Below, piece by piece: positions 52,250-60,135 of a DNA stretch of 64,000 nt (positions are counted from its first letter, which is position 1; the number at the start of each line of letters is the position of its first letter). The notes under the pieces were generated by a model that was not told the DNA's origin, did no database searches, and was given only the letters and a program-made list of their open reading frames with translations. Both the position numbers and the translations under genes were made by a program. This stretch comes from an uncultured Clostridium sp. (GTDB taxonomy: Bacteria > Bacillota > Clostridia > TANB77 > CAG-508), in contig CAZDPV010000002.1 of NCBI GenBank assembly GCA_964507565.1, positions 24,879 to 88,878 of the forward strand, read 5' to 3'.

Positions 52250-53449
52250 ATGAAAAAAAATACAATAATGAGAACAATGATGACTATCATCATAACATCA
52301 ATTATTACTTTCACTGTAACATATTTATGGTTATATGGAAGTAAAGGAAGAACAATAGCATCTGAATCTTTAATTGGAAACGCTTTAGCAACAGACACAT
52401 TAACATCTAAATTAAAAATTATTAAGGACAAAATAAATGAAGTGTATCTTGGAGATATAGATGAAAATAACTTAAAAGAATATACAATTAAAGGATATGT
52501 TGCAGGGTTAAAAGATAAATATAGTGGATATTTAACTTCAGACGAAATGTCAGAATATACAACAGATACTTTAGGAGAATATGTTGGAATTGGAGTATAC
52601 ATAACTAAAGACGAAACTAACAATCAGATTTTAATATATAGCACGATTAAAGACTCTTCAGCTGAAAAAGCAGGTTTACTAGCCGGAGATGTAATAACAG
52701 AAGTAGATGGTACAAAGTGCAATGGAGATGATTACGAAACAATTACCAATAGGATAAAAGGAAAAGAAGGTACAAAAGTTAACATAAAGATACTTAGAAA
52801 TAAAGAAGAAAAAACATTTGAGATTGAAAGAAAAAAGGTTACTCAGATTAGAGTTAATTCACAAATGCTAGAAAACAATATAGGATATATATATATTTCA
52901 AGTTTTGATGGAAATATTGCAAAACAGTTTAAAGAACAATATGATGAACTTGAAAATAATGGTGCCACATCGCTAATAGTAGACGTTCGTAATAATGGTG
53001 GTGGAATGATTGATGAAGCAACTGGTATTGGCGACTTATTTACGGATAAAGATTCAGTTCTACTAATTGAAAAAGATAAAAATGGAAAAGAAACTACAAC
53101 TAAGGCAAAAAGTGATAAAAAAATAACAATGAAAACAGTATTATTAGTAAATAAAGATTCAGCAAGTGCATCTGAAATTTTAGCCGGAATATTCCAAGAC
53201 AGTATAGAAAACTCGAAAATTATTGGCACAAAAACTTATGGAAAAGGTGTAATACAAACAGTATTCCAGCTATCAGATGGAAGTGGGTTAAAACTTACAA
53301 CTAATGAATACTTTACACCAAAACACAATAAAATAAACAAAATAGGAGTTACTCCTGATATTGTAGTAGATGATTATCAATATACAGGGATCCTTGAAAC
53401 AGAAAAAGATACACAACTAAAAAAAGCAATAGAAGAACTAAAAAAATAA
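52250..53449 (+). CDS. Carboxy-terminal processing protease (S41 family, CtpA/CtpB-like) with PDZ domain
   Basis: N-terminal anchor. The PDZ domain contains SSAEKAGLLAGDVITEVDG. The S41 core contains LIVDVRNNGGG, VLLVNKDSASASEILAG and GTKTYGKGVIQ. Confidence 0.9.
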   Translation: MKKNTIMRTMMTIIITSIITFTVTYLWLYGSKGRTIASESLIGNALATDTLTSKLKIIKDKINEVYLGDIDENNLKEYTIKGYVAGLKDKYSGYLTSDEMSEYTTDTLGEYVGIGVYITKDETNNQILIYSTIKDSSAEKAGLLAGDVITEVDGTKCNGDDYETITNRIKGKEGTKVNIKILRNKEEKTFEIERKKVTQIRVNSQMLENNIGYIYISSFDGNIAKQFKEQYDELENNGATSLIVDVRNNGGGMIDEATGIGDLFTDKDSVLLIEKDKNGKETTTKAKSDKKITMKTVLLVNKDSASASEILAGIFQDSIENSKIIGTKTYGKGVIQTVFQLSDGSGLKLTTNEYFTPKHNKINKIGVTPDIVVDDYQYTGILETEKDTQLKKAIEELKK

Positions 53450-53694
53450 TTTTAATTATAACTTGAGTAATTATAGCTTGAGTGAAAGGCACATAAATTG
53501 AATTACTCATTACTGAAAAGTACAATGAGGTGACATGAGAGAGGAGAAATTCATTAAGAATTATCCTCTACTCAATTAACTAAAAAACACATTTAAAAAG
53601 TAAAAGGCATTTATAGACAAAGATATATTTACTAGCAAAAGATTATTTTTAAAATTAAAAAACTCAAAAATTTTTAAAAATTTCAAAAAAAACA

Positions 53695-53723
53695 TTGACA
53701 TTATACAAATAATTTAGTATACT
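53695..53723 (+). promoter_or_regulatory. Sigma-A promoter of the tRNA cluster
   Basis: TTGACA (53695-53700), a 17-nt spacer, then TATACT (53718-53723), about 20 nt upstream of tRNA-Val. Confidence 0.65.
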
Positions 53724-53744
53724 AAGAAAGTCAGATAAACAAAT

Positions 53745-53820
53745 GGTCGCTTAGCTCAGCTGGGAGAGCATCTGCCTTACAAGCAGAGGGTCATAGGTTC
53801 GAGCCCTATAGCGACCACCA
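53745..53820 (+). tRNA. tRNA-Val (anticodon TAC)
   Basis: Manual cloverleaf: ggtcgct|ta|gctc|agctggga|gagc|a|tctgc|ctTACaa|gcaga|gggtc|atagg|ttcgagc|cctat|agcgacc|a|cca. CCA is encoded. Confidence 0.95.
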
Positions 53821-53826
53821 TTTAAT

Positions 53827-53904
53827 GGCCCGGTAGTTCAGTTGGTTTAGAACGCTAGCCTGTCACGCTAGAGGTCGACGGTTCGAGCCCGTTCCGGGTC
53901 GCCA
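53827..53904 (+). tRNA. tRNA-Asp (anticodon GTC)
   Basis: Manual cloverleaf: ggcccgg|ta|gttc|agttggttta|gaac|g|ctagc|ctGTCac|gctag|aggtc|gacgg|ttcgagc|ccgtt|ccgggtc|g|cca. CCA is encoded. Confidence 0.95.
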
Positions 53905-54014
53905 TTTTTTTATTAGAGATAATAAAGATGGTGACTTTTGTTATATTACTAAGAAATATAAATTCTTGTTATTTAAGTAATATAAAATTAAATAAACTTT
54001 CAATTAAGCAAAAC

Positions 54015-54090
54015 GCCTCGATAGCTCAGTCGGTAGAGCAAGGGACTGAAAATCCCTGTGTCAGTGGTTCGATTCCACTTCGAGGCACCA
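54015..54090 (+). tRNA. tRNA-Phe (anticodon GAA)
   Basis: Manual cloverleaf: gcctcga|ta|gctc|agtcggta|gagc|a|aggga|ctGAAaa|tccct|gtgtc|agtgg|ttcgatt|ccact|tcgaggc|a|cca. CCA is encoded. Confidence 0.95.
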
Positions 54091-54097
54091 TACACAA

Positions 54098-54137
54098 AAA
54101 AGAAATCTTAGAGAAATCTAAGATTTCTTTTTTTTTG
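54098..54137 (+). terminator. Intrinsic terminator after the tRNA cluster
   Basis: agaaatcttag (54101-54111) pairs with ctaagatttct (54118-54128), followed by T9. Confidence 0.78.
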
Positions 54138-54357
54138 TGTAAATATTAAATTATATTTGTTTGTAATTAGTTCTTTTATAGGGTTATTTAATAATTATAG
54201 TAAATTTGAATAGATGTGATGTAAACTTAGCAGATGAAATCAACATAATTGAAATTTTAGGCATAGTATATTATGAGGCAGAATTACTTTAAAAAATAGC
54301 AGATTTAATTAAAGTATCAACTGCACTTAATAATAAAATCAAAAAGGAGGAATAAAT

Positions 54358-55407
54358 ATGAAATACGGTATAGATATTTCAGGTTGGCAAAAAAATATTG
54401 ATTATGAAACTTTATCGCAGAATATTGGATTTGCAATTGTTCGTATAGGATATGGAGTTCAATATTTACCAAATAAACAAAAAGATAGTGAATTAGAAAA
54501 TCATTATTATGGATTAATTGATAAGGTTCCAGTCGGAGGATACTATTATCAATATGCTAATGAAGAGGGAGAAGGAATTAAAGAAGCACAGAATTGTTTA
54601 TTGTATATTGAAAATAAACAATTTAACTTACCAATTTATTATGATATAGAAGATAAAAGTGTTTTAGGATTAGATAAAGATATTTTAACTAATATTGCAT
54701 TAGAATTTTGCGAAACTATTGAGGCAAATGGATATAAAGCCGGAATTTATGCAAGTAAATCAGTTTTAGAAGATAAACTTGATACAGATAGAATTTCTAA
54801 ATATTCAATATGGTGTGCAAGTTACGGGAAAAACGATAGTTCAAAATACGAATGGGCAAAATATAATGGAAAACATGAAATTTGGCAATATACTTCTAGA
54901 GGAGAAATAAATGGAATTAATGGATATGTAGATATGAATATTATGTATGAAGATGATTTACCATCTAATGCTAATAATTCTCCTTCTCAAGGTGCCAGTG
55001 AGCCAACAATATATTCAGGAGATGATTCAATTAGAACTATTCAACAATGGTTACAAAACAATTATGGATATAGTCTAAGAATTGATGGATACTTTGGAAA
55101 TGAGACAAAAAAATATTTAACAATGGCTTTGCAACATGAATTAAATACGCAATTTAATGCTAGCCTTGTTGAAGATGGAATATTTGGCAAGAACACATTT
55201 AATGCTTGTATAAACGTAAGAAAAGGAGCAAATGGCAATATTACTTGGCTAATTCAAGCAATGCTAGTTTGTAATAAATTTGATATTGCAGTAGATGGAG
55301 ACTTTGGAAATAATACAGAAAATGCAGTAAGAAAGTTCCAATTAAGAAACGGACTCTCAGCAGATGGAATAGTAGGCAAGAACACATTTAATAAATTATT
55401 TAGATAA
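54358..55407 (+). CDS. GH25 muramidase (lysozyme) with C-terminal PG_binding_1 repeats; no signal peptide
   Basis: AAAGGAGG RBS. The N-terminus MKYGIDISGWQKNIDY is followed by FAIVRIGYG and HEIWQYTSRGEINGI (GH25 signatures). The C-terminal repeats are DGYFGNETKKYL, DGIFGKNTFNA and DGDFGNNTENAVRKFQLRNGLSADGIVGKNTF. Confidence 0.87.
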   Translation: MKYGIDISGWQKNIDYETLSQNIGFAIVRIGYGVQYLPNKQKDSELENHYYGLIDKVPVGGYYYQYANEEGEGIKEAQNCLLYIENKQFNLPIYYDIEDKSVLGLDKDILTNIALEFCETIEANGYKAGIYASKSVLEDKLDTDRISKYSIWCASYGKNDSSKYEWAKYNGKHEIWQYTSRGEINGINGYVDMNIMYEDDLPSNANNSPSQGASEPTIYSGDDSIRTIQQWLQNNYGYSLRIDGYFGNETKKYLTMALQHELNTQFNASLVEDGIFGKNTFNACINVRKGANGNITWLIQAMLVCNKFDIAVDGDFGNNTENAVRKFQLRNGLSADGIVGKNTFNKLFR

Positions 55408-55412
55408 AAATT

Positions 55413-55447
55413 AGGTAGCTTTAATCAGCTACCTTTAATTTTTTTGC
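55413..55447 (+). terminator. Intrinsic terminator after the GH25 gene
   Basis: aggtagct (55413-55420) pairs with agctacct (55427-55434), followed by ttaattttttt. Confidence 0.6.
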
Positions 55448-55730
55448 CAACCAAATATAATTCTTACTAAAAATAAAACAACAAATGTATACCAAAAATA
55501 TAAATGGACTTAAAATGAATTGTCACTAAAATTCACTAAAACATGAAATAAAGCTAGCTCTAAGAATATAGAAAACTAATTCATAATATATTTTTTAAAA
55601 TATATCCAAATTTAATAAAAGTGTAATATCATTAAAATTTAAAATAAAATATCTAATAACACTTGAATAAATCACTACTTTTGTGATAATATGTAATACA
55701 AGTAAATTTAATTTATGCAAAAGGAAGAAA

Positions 55731-55967
55731 ATGAATATGACAAATGAAAAAGGTATAACAATTTTATCATTAGTTGTAACAATGATTGTTATGATTATAT
55801 TAGCAGGTGTAACCATAAGCATTATAGGAAATGATAAGGGATCAACAAATGAAATAATATCACAGGTGCAAAATCATGTTTCTAATCAATCTCAGATGAT
55901 TGACAAGGAAAATGATAAAATGAATCAAACACTTAAAAATCAAGAAGAAGATTGGGGCATAACATAG
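55731..55967 (+). CDS. Small protein with prepilin-type (type IV pilin-like) N-terminal segment, atypical +5 residue
   Basis: ATG at 55731 follows AAGGAAG; the ORF track starts at 55683. MNMTNEKG|ITILSLVVTMIVMIILAGVTISI resembles the class III signal (K/R)G-(F/I)T-L-x-E plus a hydrophobic helix, but Ser replaces the usual Glu at +5. No pilus genes are nearby. Confidence 0.4.
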   Translation: MNMTNEKGITILSLVVTMIVMIILAGVTISIIGNDKGSTNEIISQVQNHVSNQSQMIDKENDKMNQTLKNQEEDWGIT

Positions 55968-55970
55968 AAG

Positions 55971-56699
55971 ATGTATAATTTTTTTGTAGAAAACAACCAA
56001 ATTGAAAACGAAAACGTATATATAATGGGTAAAGATGTTAATCATATTACAAATGTTCTAAGAATGACAATCGGACAAAAAATTTTTGTGTGCAACAATG
56101 AAAAAGCAGAGAGTTTTCTAGCAGAGATTATAGAAATAGAAAAAGAAATTGTAAAATGTAAAATAATTCAAAAAAACAATTCAACTGAATTACCAGTAAA
56201 GGTTACACTATACCAGGGACTACCTAAATTTGATAAAATGGAATATATTATTCAAAAATCTGTTGAACTAGGTGTTTCTAAAATAGTACCAGTTGATATG
56301 AAATATTGCGTTGCAAAGATGAAAGATGATGGCAAAAAAATAACAAGATGGCAAGCAATTTCAGAGTCGGCAGCTAAACAAAGTAAAAGAAATTTAATAC
56401 CAAAAGTTGAAAATATTATTAGTTTTACAAAATTATGTAATGAAATAAGTAAATACGATTGCACGATAATTGCATATGAAGATGAGAAAAAAACCTCTTT
56501 AAAGCAGATTCTTAAAGAAAATAAAAATTGTAACAATATTGCAATAATTGTTGGTCCAGAGGGTGGAATTAGCACTGATGAAGTTAAAGTACTTAGCGAA
56601 AATGGAGCCAAAAAAGCTACCTTAGGAAATAGAATTTTAAGAACTGAAACGGCACCTATTGCTATGCTTAGTATGATTGCTTATGAATATGAATTGTAA
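55971..56699 (+). CDS. rsmE: 16S rRNA (uracil1498-N3)-methyltransferase RsmE
   Basis: Has the N-terminal PUA-like part (FFVENNQ...GKDVNHITNVLRM), a KFDKMEYIIQKSVELGV block and IVGPEGGISTDE at the SPOUT C-terminus. Confidence 0.88.
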   Translation: MYNFFVENNQIENENVYIMGKDVNHITNVLRMTIGQKIFVCNNEKAESFLAEIIEIEKEIVKCKIIQKNNSTELPVKVTLYQGLPKFDKMEYIIQKSVELGVSKIVPVDMKYCVAKMKDDGKKITRWQAISESAAKQSKRNLIPKVENIISFTKLCNEISKYDCTIIAYEDEKKTSLKQILKENKNCNNIAIIVGPEGGISTDEVKVLSENGAKKATLGNRILRTETAPIAMLSMIAYEYEL

Positions 56700-56732
56700 A
56701 TATAATAGATAATAGATTGGTTGGAGGAAAAA

Positions 56733-57920
56733 ATGAAAGAAAAAAGTTTAAATTCTGATGATGAAATCATGGAGGACATAAAGAGAAACAGCAAAAACAT
56801 TAATGCCAAAGAAGACGATAATAAAAAAAATAAAGGAAAACAAAAAGCATTAAGAGAGTCTAAAGTTAAAACTGCCAAAAGTGAAAATACAGAGTCAAAA
56901 GCTAAAGCTACCAAAAGTGAAAAGAAAGAGAAAAAAGCTAAAACTACAAAAGGTGAAAAGTCGGAATTAAAAGTTAAAACTGTAAAAAAAGAAACTCAAA
57001 ATACAAAAATACGAGTTAACTTAGAAAAGTTAGATAGTTCAGAAGATTTGGAAGACAAAGAAAAAAAGAAAACGAAAGAAGAAACTTTTAAGAATCAAGA
57101 AAATAAAAAACAAGAAACAGATAAAAAAAATAATAAGCAAAAAAATTCTTATAAAAACGAAAAAAGTCAGGAAAAAGAAAAAACATCAAAAGTGGGAAAA
57201 AATGTAGCAGATGACAGCAAAAATCAAAATAACAAGAAAAAAGAAGAAAATAAATTAAACAATAAAAAGAAAAAAACATTTAACAATAAAGAAAAAAACA
57301 ATGATAAACAAAAAGATGTTAAGAATGCAAAAATAAATGAAAAGAATGACAAAAAAACGAAACAACCTTTAAAAAGAAAGAAAAATGTTGATGAAGAATT
57401 AACTGTTGCACTAGTAGAAAATGCTGGAGATGAAGAATTAGAAAACAATAAAAACAATGCAATAACAGAAATTGATGAAAACAAAATTGAACAAATTGAA
57501 AAAGAAATTAAGGCAAACAAAAAGAACAAGAAACAAAATGAATCAAGAATAAAAAAATATAAAGAAATAATAAAGAATGTTTTAATTGCAATTATAGCTA
57601 CAATATATTTTGCTTTACTAATATTAGGACAAAAAAATATACCAACAATAGAGTATATCATAGATTTAAAAACATTCTCTATTTTTGAATTGATAATATC
57701 TATAATCCTTATGGAAATTGCCTATAAAAAGGATAGCGGAGTAATAGGATTACATTCAGTAGAAATGATAGGAATTGCAAGCGAAACAATAGTACTATTA
57801 AGCTTATACAGCAGACAAAGTGAAAAAATAAATTTAGCTTTACAAATAATGATTATATCAACAGATTTGTATTATTTAATAAAATCAATAGTAATAGCAC
57901 TAAAAAAGGAAAAACATTGA
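56733..57920 (+). CDS. Lysine-rich low-complexity protein with C-terminal polytopic membrane domain, unknown function
   Basis: ATG at 56733 lies 5 nt after GGAGG (56723-56727); the ORF track starts at the TTG at 56721. About 270 aa of K/E/N-rich sequence are followed by about 4 TM helices ([72 protein letters not shown]). Confidence 0.6.
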   Translation: MKEKSLNSDDEIMEDIKRNSKNINAKEDDNKKNKGKQKALRESKVKTAKSENTESKAKATKSEKKEKKAKTTKGEKSELKVKTVKKETQNTKIRVNLEKLDSSEDLEDKEKKKTKEETFKNQENKKQETDKKNNKQKNSYKNEKSQEKEKTSKVGKNVADDSKNQNNKKKEENKLNNKKKKTFNNKEKNNDKQKDVKNAKINEKNDKKTKQPLKRKKNVDEELTVALVENAGDEELENNKNNAITEIDENKIEQIEKEIKANKKNKKQNESRIKKYKEIIKNVLIAIIATIYFALLILGQKNIPTIEYIIDLKTFSIFELIISIILMEIAYKKDSGVIGLHSVEMIGIASETIVLLSLYSRQSEKINLALQIMIISTDLYYLIKSIVIALKKEKH

Positions 57921-57970
57921 CTTATAAGAAAGAAAGTAGTAAAATAATGGTTATAAGTTTAGGAGGATTT

Positions 57971-58231
57971 ATGCAACTCATAAATATAGGATTTGGAAAT
58001 ATTATTTCTGCTGAAAGAGTTATAGCAATAGTTAGCCCAGAATCTGCACCAATAAAAAGAATGATACAAGAAGGAAAAGACAATGGAAAAGTTATTGATG
58101 CAACATGTGGGAGAAAAACTAGAGCAGTTATAATTATGGATTCTGGTAATAATATTTTATCAGCAATTCAACCAGAAACAATAGCAGGTAGACTATCTGC
58201 AGATAATAGTATAATAGAAGATAAGGAGTGA
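57971..58231 (+). CDS. remA: Extracellular matrix/biofilm regulator RemA (YlzA, DUF370)
   Basis: [75 protein letters not shown] is near-collinear with RemA. ATG at 57971 lies 4 nt after AGGAGG (57961-57966); the ORF track starts upstream at 57917. Confidence 0.9.
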   Translation: MQLINIGFGNIISAERVIAIVSPESAPIKRMIQEGKDNGKVIDATCGRKTRAVIIMDSGNNILSAIQPETIAGRLSADNSIIEDKE

Positions 58232-58236
58232 TAAAT

Positions 58237-58707
58237 ATGTTAGTTAAACCTACAGTAGTAGAATTATTAAACAAGGCTGAAAATAGATACAGATTAGTAG
58301 TAGCTACAGCCAAAAGAGCAAGACAAATTTCACAAGGAAGTATACCTATGACGGAAGAAGACGATATTTCTCCTGTTTCACTAGCAGCAGATGAGATTGA
58401 AGAAGGGAAACTAGAAATTTTCAATGAAAAACAATGGGAAAGCTTTAAGACTGAACAGGAAAAGACAAACAGTGAAAATAATTCAAATAATGATGCCGTC
58501 GAAAATGTTGAAAAAATAGATACTGATGATTCAGAAGGAAAAGTAGAAAACAAGGAAGATTCAGAAAAAAAGATATCTAAAAAATCAGATAAAGAAGATA
58601 CTTCTAATGGTGCAACTGTAAACAAAGAAGATAAGATTTCTGGAAAGACAAAGAAAACATCTAAAAAAACATCAAAAAAAGTTTCAAAGAAATTGGATAA
58701 TGAGTAA
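58237..58707 (+). CDS. rpoZ: DNA-directed RNA polymerase subunit omega with a long acidic/lysine-rich C-terminal extension
   Basis: MLVKPTVVELLNKAENRYRLVVATAKRARQI is the omega core. ATG at 58237 lies 8 nt after AAGGAG; the ORF track uses the GTG at 58228. At about 156 aa it is much longer than the usual roughly 70 aa in Firmicutes. Confidence 0.85.
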   Translation: MLVKPTVVELLNKAENRYRLVVATAKRARQISQGSIPMTEEDDISPVSLAADEIEEGKLEIFNEKQWESFKTEQEKTNSENNSNNDAVENVEKIDTDDSEGKVENKEDSEKKISKKSDKEDTSNGATVNKEDKISGKTKKTSKKTSKKVSKKLDNE

Positions 58708-58731
58708 AATAAAATTAACCGGAGAAAATGT

Positions 58732-59292
58732 ATGAATAAAAGACATATAATATCAATAGCAGGTGACTTAGCTAGTGGAAAAGGTGAAACCTCAAAATTA
58801 CTTATTGACAAACTAAACTATGGAATATACAGAAATGGTGAGTATTTCAGAAGTCTAGCTAAAAACATGAATATGAGTGTTACAGAATTTAATATTTATG
58901 TAAAGGATCATCCTGAAATTGATAAGAAGATAGAAAATAGTGCGGCAGAATATGCCAAAACACACGACCACTTTATAATAGATGCTAGACTTGGATGGTA
59001 TGCTGTTCCAGAATCTTTTAAGGTGTATTTAAAAGTAGACATAGATATTGCAGCAAAAAGAGCATTTCTAGACGAAAATAGAAAAGACACAGAATCTTTT
59101 GAAACTATTGAAGATCAAAAACAGGATATGCTAGTAAGATACGAGCTTGAAAATAAACGATATTTTGAATTATATAATGTACATAAAGAGGATATGTCAA
59201 ATTATGATTTAGTAGTAGATACCACTAAAATAACGCCAATTCAAGTTGCAACTCAAATAATAGAAGAATATGAAAAATGGTTAAAAAATTAA
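58732..59292 (+). CDS. Cytidylate kinase-like (archaeal/short CMK-type) nucleotide kinase family protein with variant P-loop
   Basis: IISIAGDLASGKGETSKLL has P-loop geometry, with GKG in place of GK[ST]. GEYFRSLAKNMNMSVTEFN, DHPEIDKKIE, IIDARLGWY and YDLVVDTT are collinear, from memory, with short CMP kinases. Confidence 0.65.
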   Translation: MNKRHIISIAGDLASGKGETSKLLIDKLNYGIYRNGEYFRSLAKNMNMSVTEFNIYVKDHPEIDKKIENSAAEYAKTHDHFIIDARLGWYAVPESFKVYLKVDIDIAAKRAFLDENRKDTESFETIEDQKQDMLVRYELENKRYFELYNVHKEDMSNYDLVVDTTKITPIQVATQIIEEYEKWLKN

Positions 59293-59307
59293 AATAAAAA
59301 TACTAAA

Positions 59308-59345
59308 AAACGGACTAATTATAAAATAATTAGCCCGTTTTTGCA
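59308..59345 (+). terminator. Intrinsic terminator
   Basis: aacggactaatt (59309-59320) pairs with aattagcccgtt (59328-59339) with one mismatch, followed by a short T-run (tttt, 59339-59342). Confidence 0.55.
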
Positions 59346-59360
59346 AAGGAGGAAATTTAC

Positions 59361-60051
59361 ATAAATACTATAACTGAAAATAAAAAAAATATATTTAATA
59401 AAGAAACAATAACAATAAACCAAGGTGATTTAGATTATCCTTTTCTTTTATCACAAATTTATAATAAACCTAAAAAAATATATGTCCTTGGAAATAAAGA
59501 AATTTTAAGAGAAGAATGCATATCAATAGTAGGATGCAGACAATGTAGCAATTATGGAAAAGAATGTGCACAAAAAATAGCTTTTCTCTTAGCAAAACAA
59601 GGAAAAATAATTGTTAGTGGTCTAGCAATTGGAATAGATTCTTATGCACATATAGGAGCAATTCAAGCAAAGGGCAGAACCATAGCTGTTATGGCTACAC
59701 GGATTAGATAAAATTTACCCTCCATCTAATTACAATTTAGCAAAAGAAATATTAGACAATGGAGGAGCAATAGTAACCGAATATGACATAGAAAGTAAAT
59801 TAGAAAAGACCAACTTCCCTGAAAGAAACAGAATAATAAGCGGATTATCAACAAGTACAATTATAGTTGAAGCTAAGGAAAAAAGCGGGGCGCTAATAAC
59901 CGCAAACTTTGCCATTGAACAAGGCAGAAATTTATATGCTGTTCCAGGAAGTATATTTAATGAAAATTCAATTGGCACAAATGAACTTATAAAATACGGT
60001 GCAGAAATAATAACTAATATTGATAAAATTTCCGGAAATAAAAAAATATAA
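59361..60051 (+). pseudogene. dprA: DNA processing protein DprA/Smf, disrupted: no canonical start codon and a +1 frameshift at about 59697-59701
   Basis: Frame A reads ...IYVLGNKEILREECISIVGCRQCSNYGKECAQKIAFLLAKQGKIIVSGLAIGIDSYAHIGAIQAKGRTIAVMAT, then TAA at 59709-59711. Frame B (from 59701) reads GLDKIYPPSNYNLAKEILDNGGAIVTEY...FPERNRIISGLSTSTIIVEAKEKSGALITANFAIEQGRNLYAVPGSIF. Deleting one nt in acac/gg restores AVMATGLDKIYP. A perfect AAAGGAGG (59345-59352) sits 8 nt before an ATA codon (59361). There is no in-frame ATG, GTG or TTG until 59691. Confidence 0.8.
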
Positions 60052-60135
60052 TTATTTACAAAAATATGTAATGAATGTTGTAATTATGTATTTTTTGTAA
60101 TATAATATACCTATCAATACCTATAGGAGGCATAT

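Noticed and set aside
52186-52623. A 145-aa - strand ORF
   Set aside because: It is antisense to the start of the Ctp protease gene and overlaps the end of the M23 gene. It has hydrophobic, low-complexity composition typical of antisense frames in AT-rich DNA, and no RBS.
53450-53694. Inverted repeats (ttgagtaatt...aattactca, and gaggagaaattc...gaattatcctc) between the ctp gene and the tRNA promoter
   Set aside because: The arms are short and imperfect and lack T-runs. This is insufficient to call a terminator, an sRNA or a mobile-element end.
53928-54149. A 73-aa + strand ORF
   Set aside because: It runs straight through tRNA-Phe (54015-54090) and its terminator, so it is not coding.
53695-55967. 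A prophage or integrative element at the tRNA cluster
   Set aside because: Only a lysin-like gene is present. I could not see an integrase, a holin, structural genes or att-like duplication of the tRNA 3' end, so I do not call a mobile element.
58134-58811. A 225-aa - strand ORF
   Set aside because: It is antisense to remA, rpoZ and the kinase-like gene, all of which have strong homology signals. The S/F/L-rich sequence mirrors the K/E-rich rpoZ tail.
59730-59978. An 82-aa - strand ORF
   Set aside because: It is antisense to the second half of the dprA reading frame, which carries clear DprA motifs.
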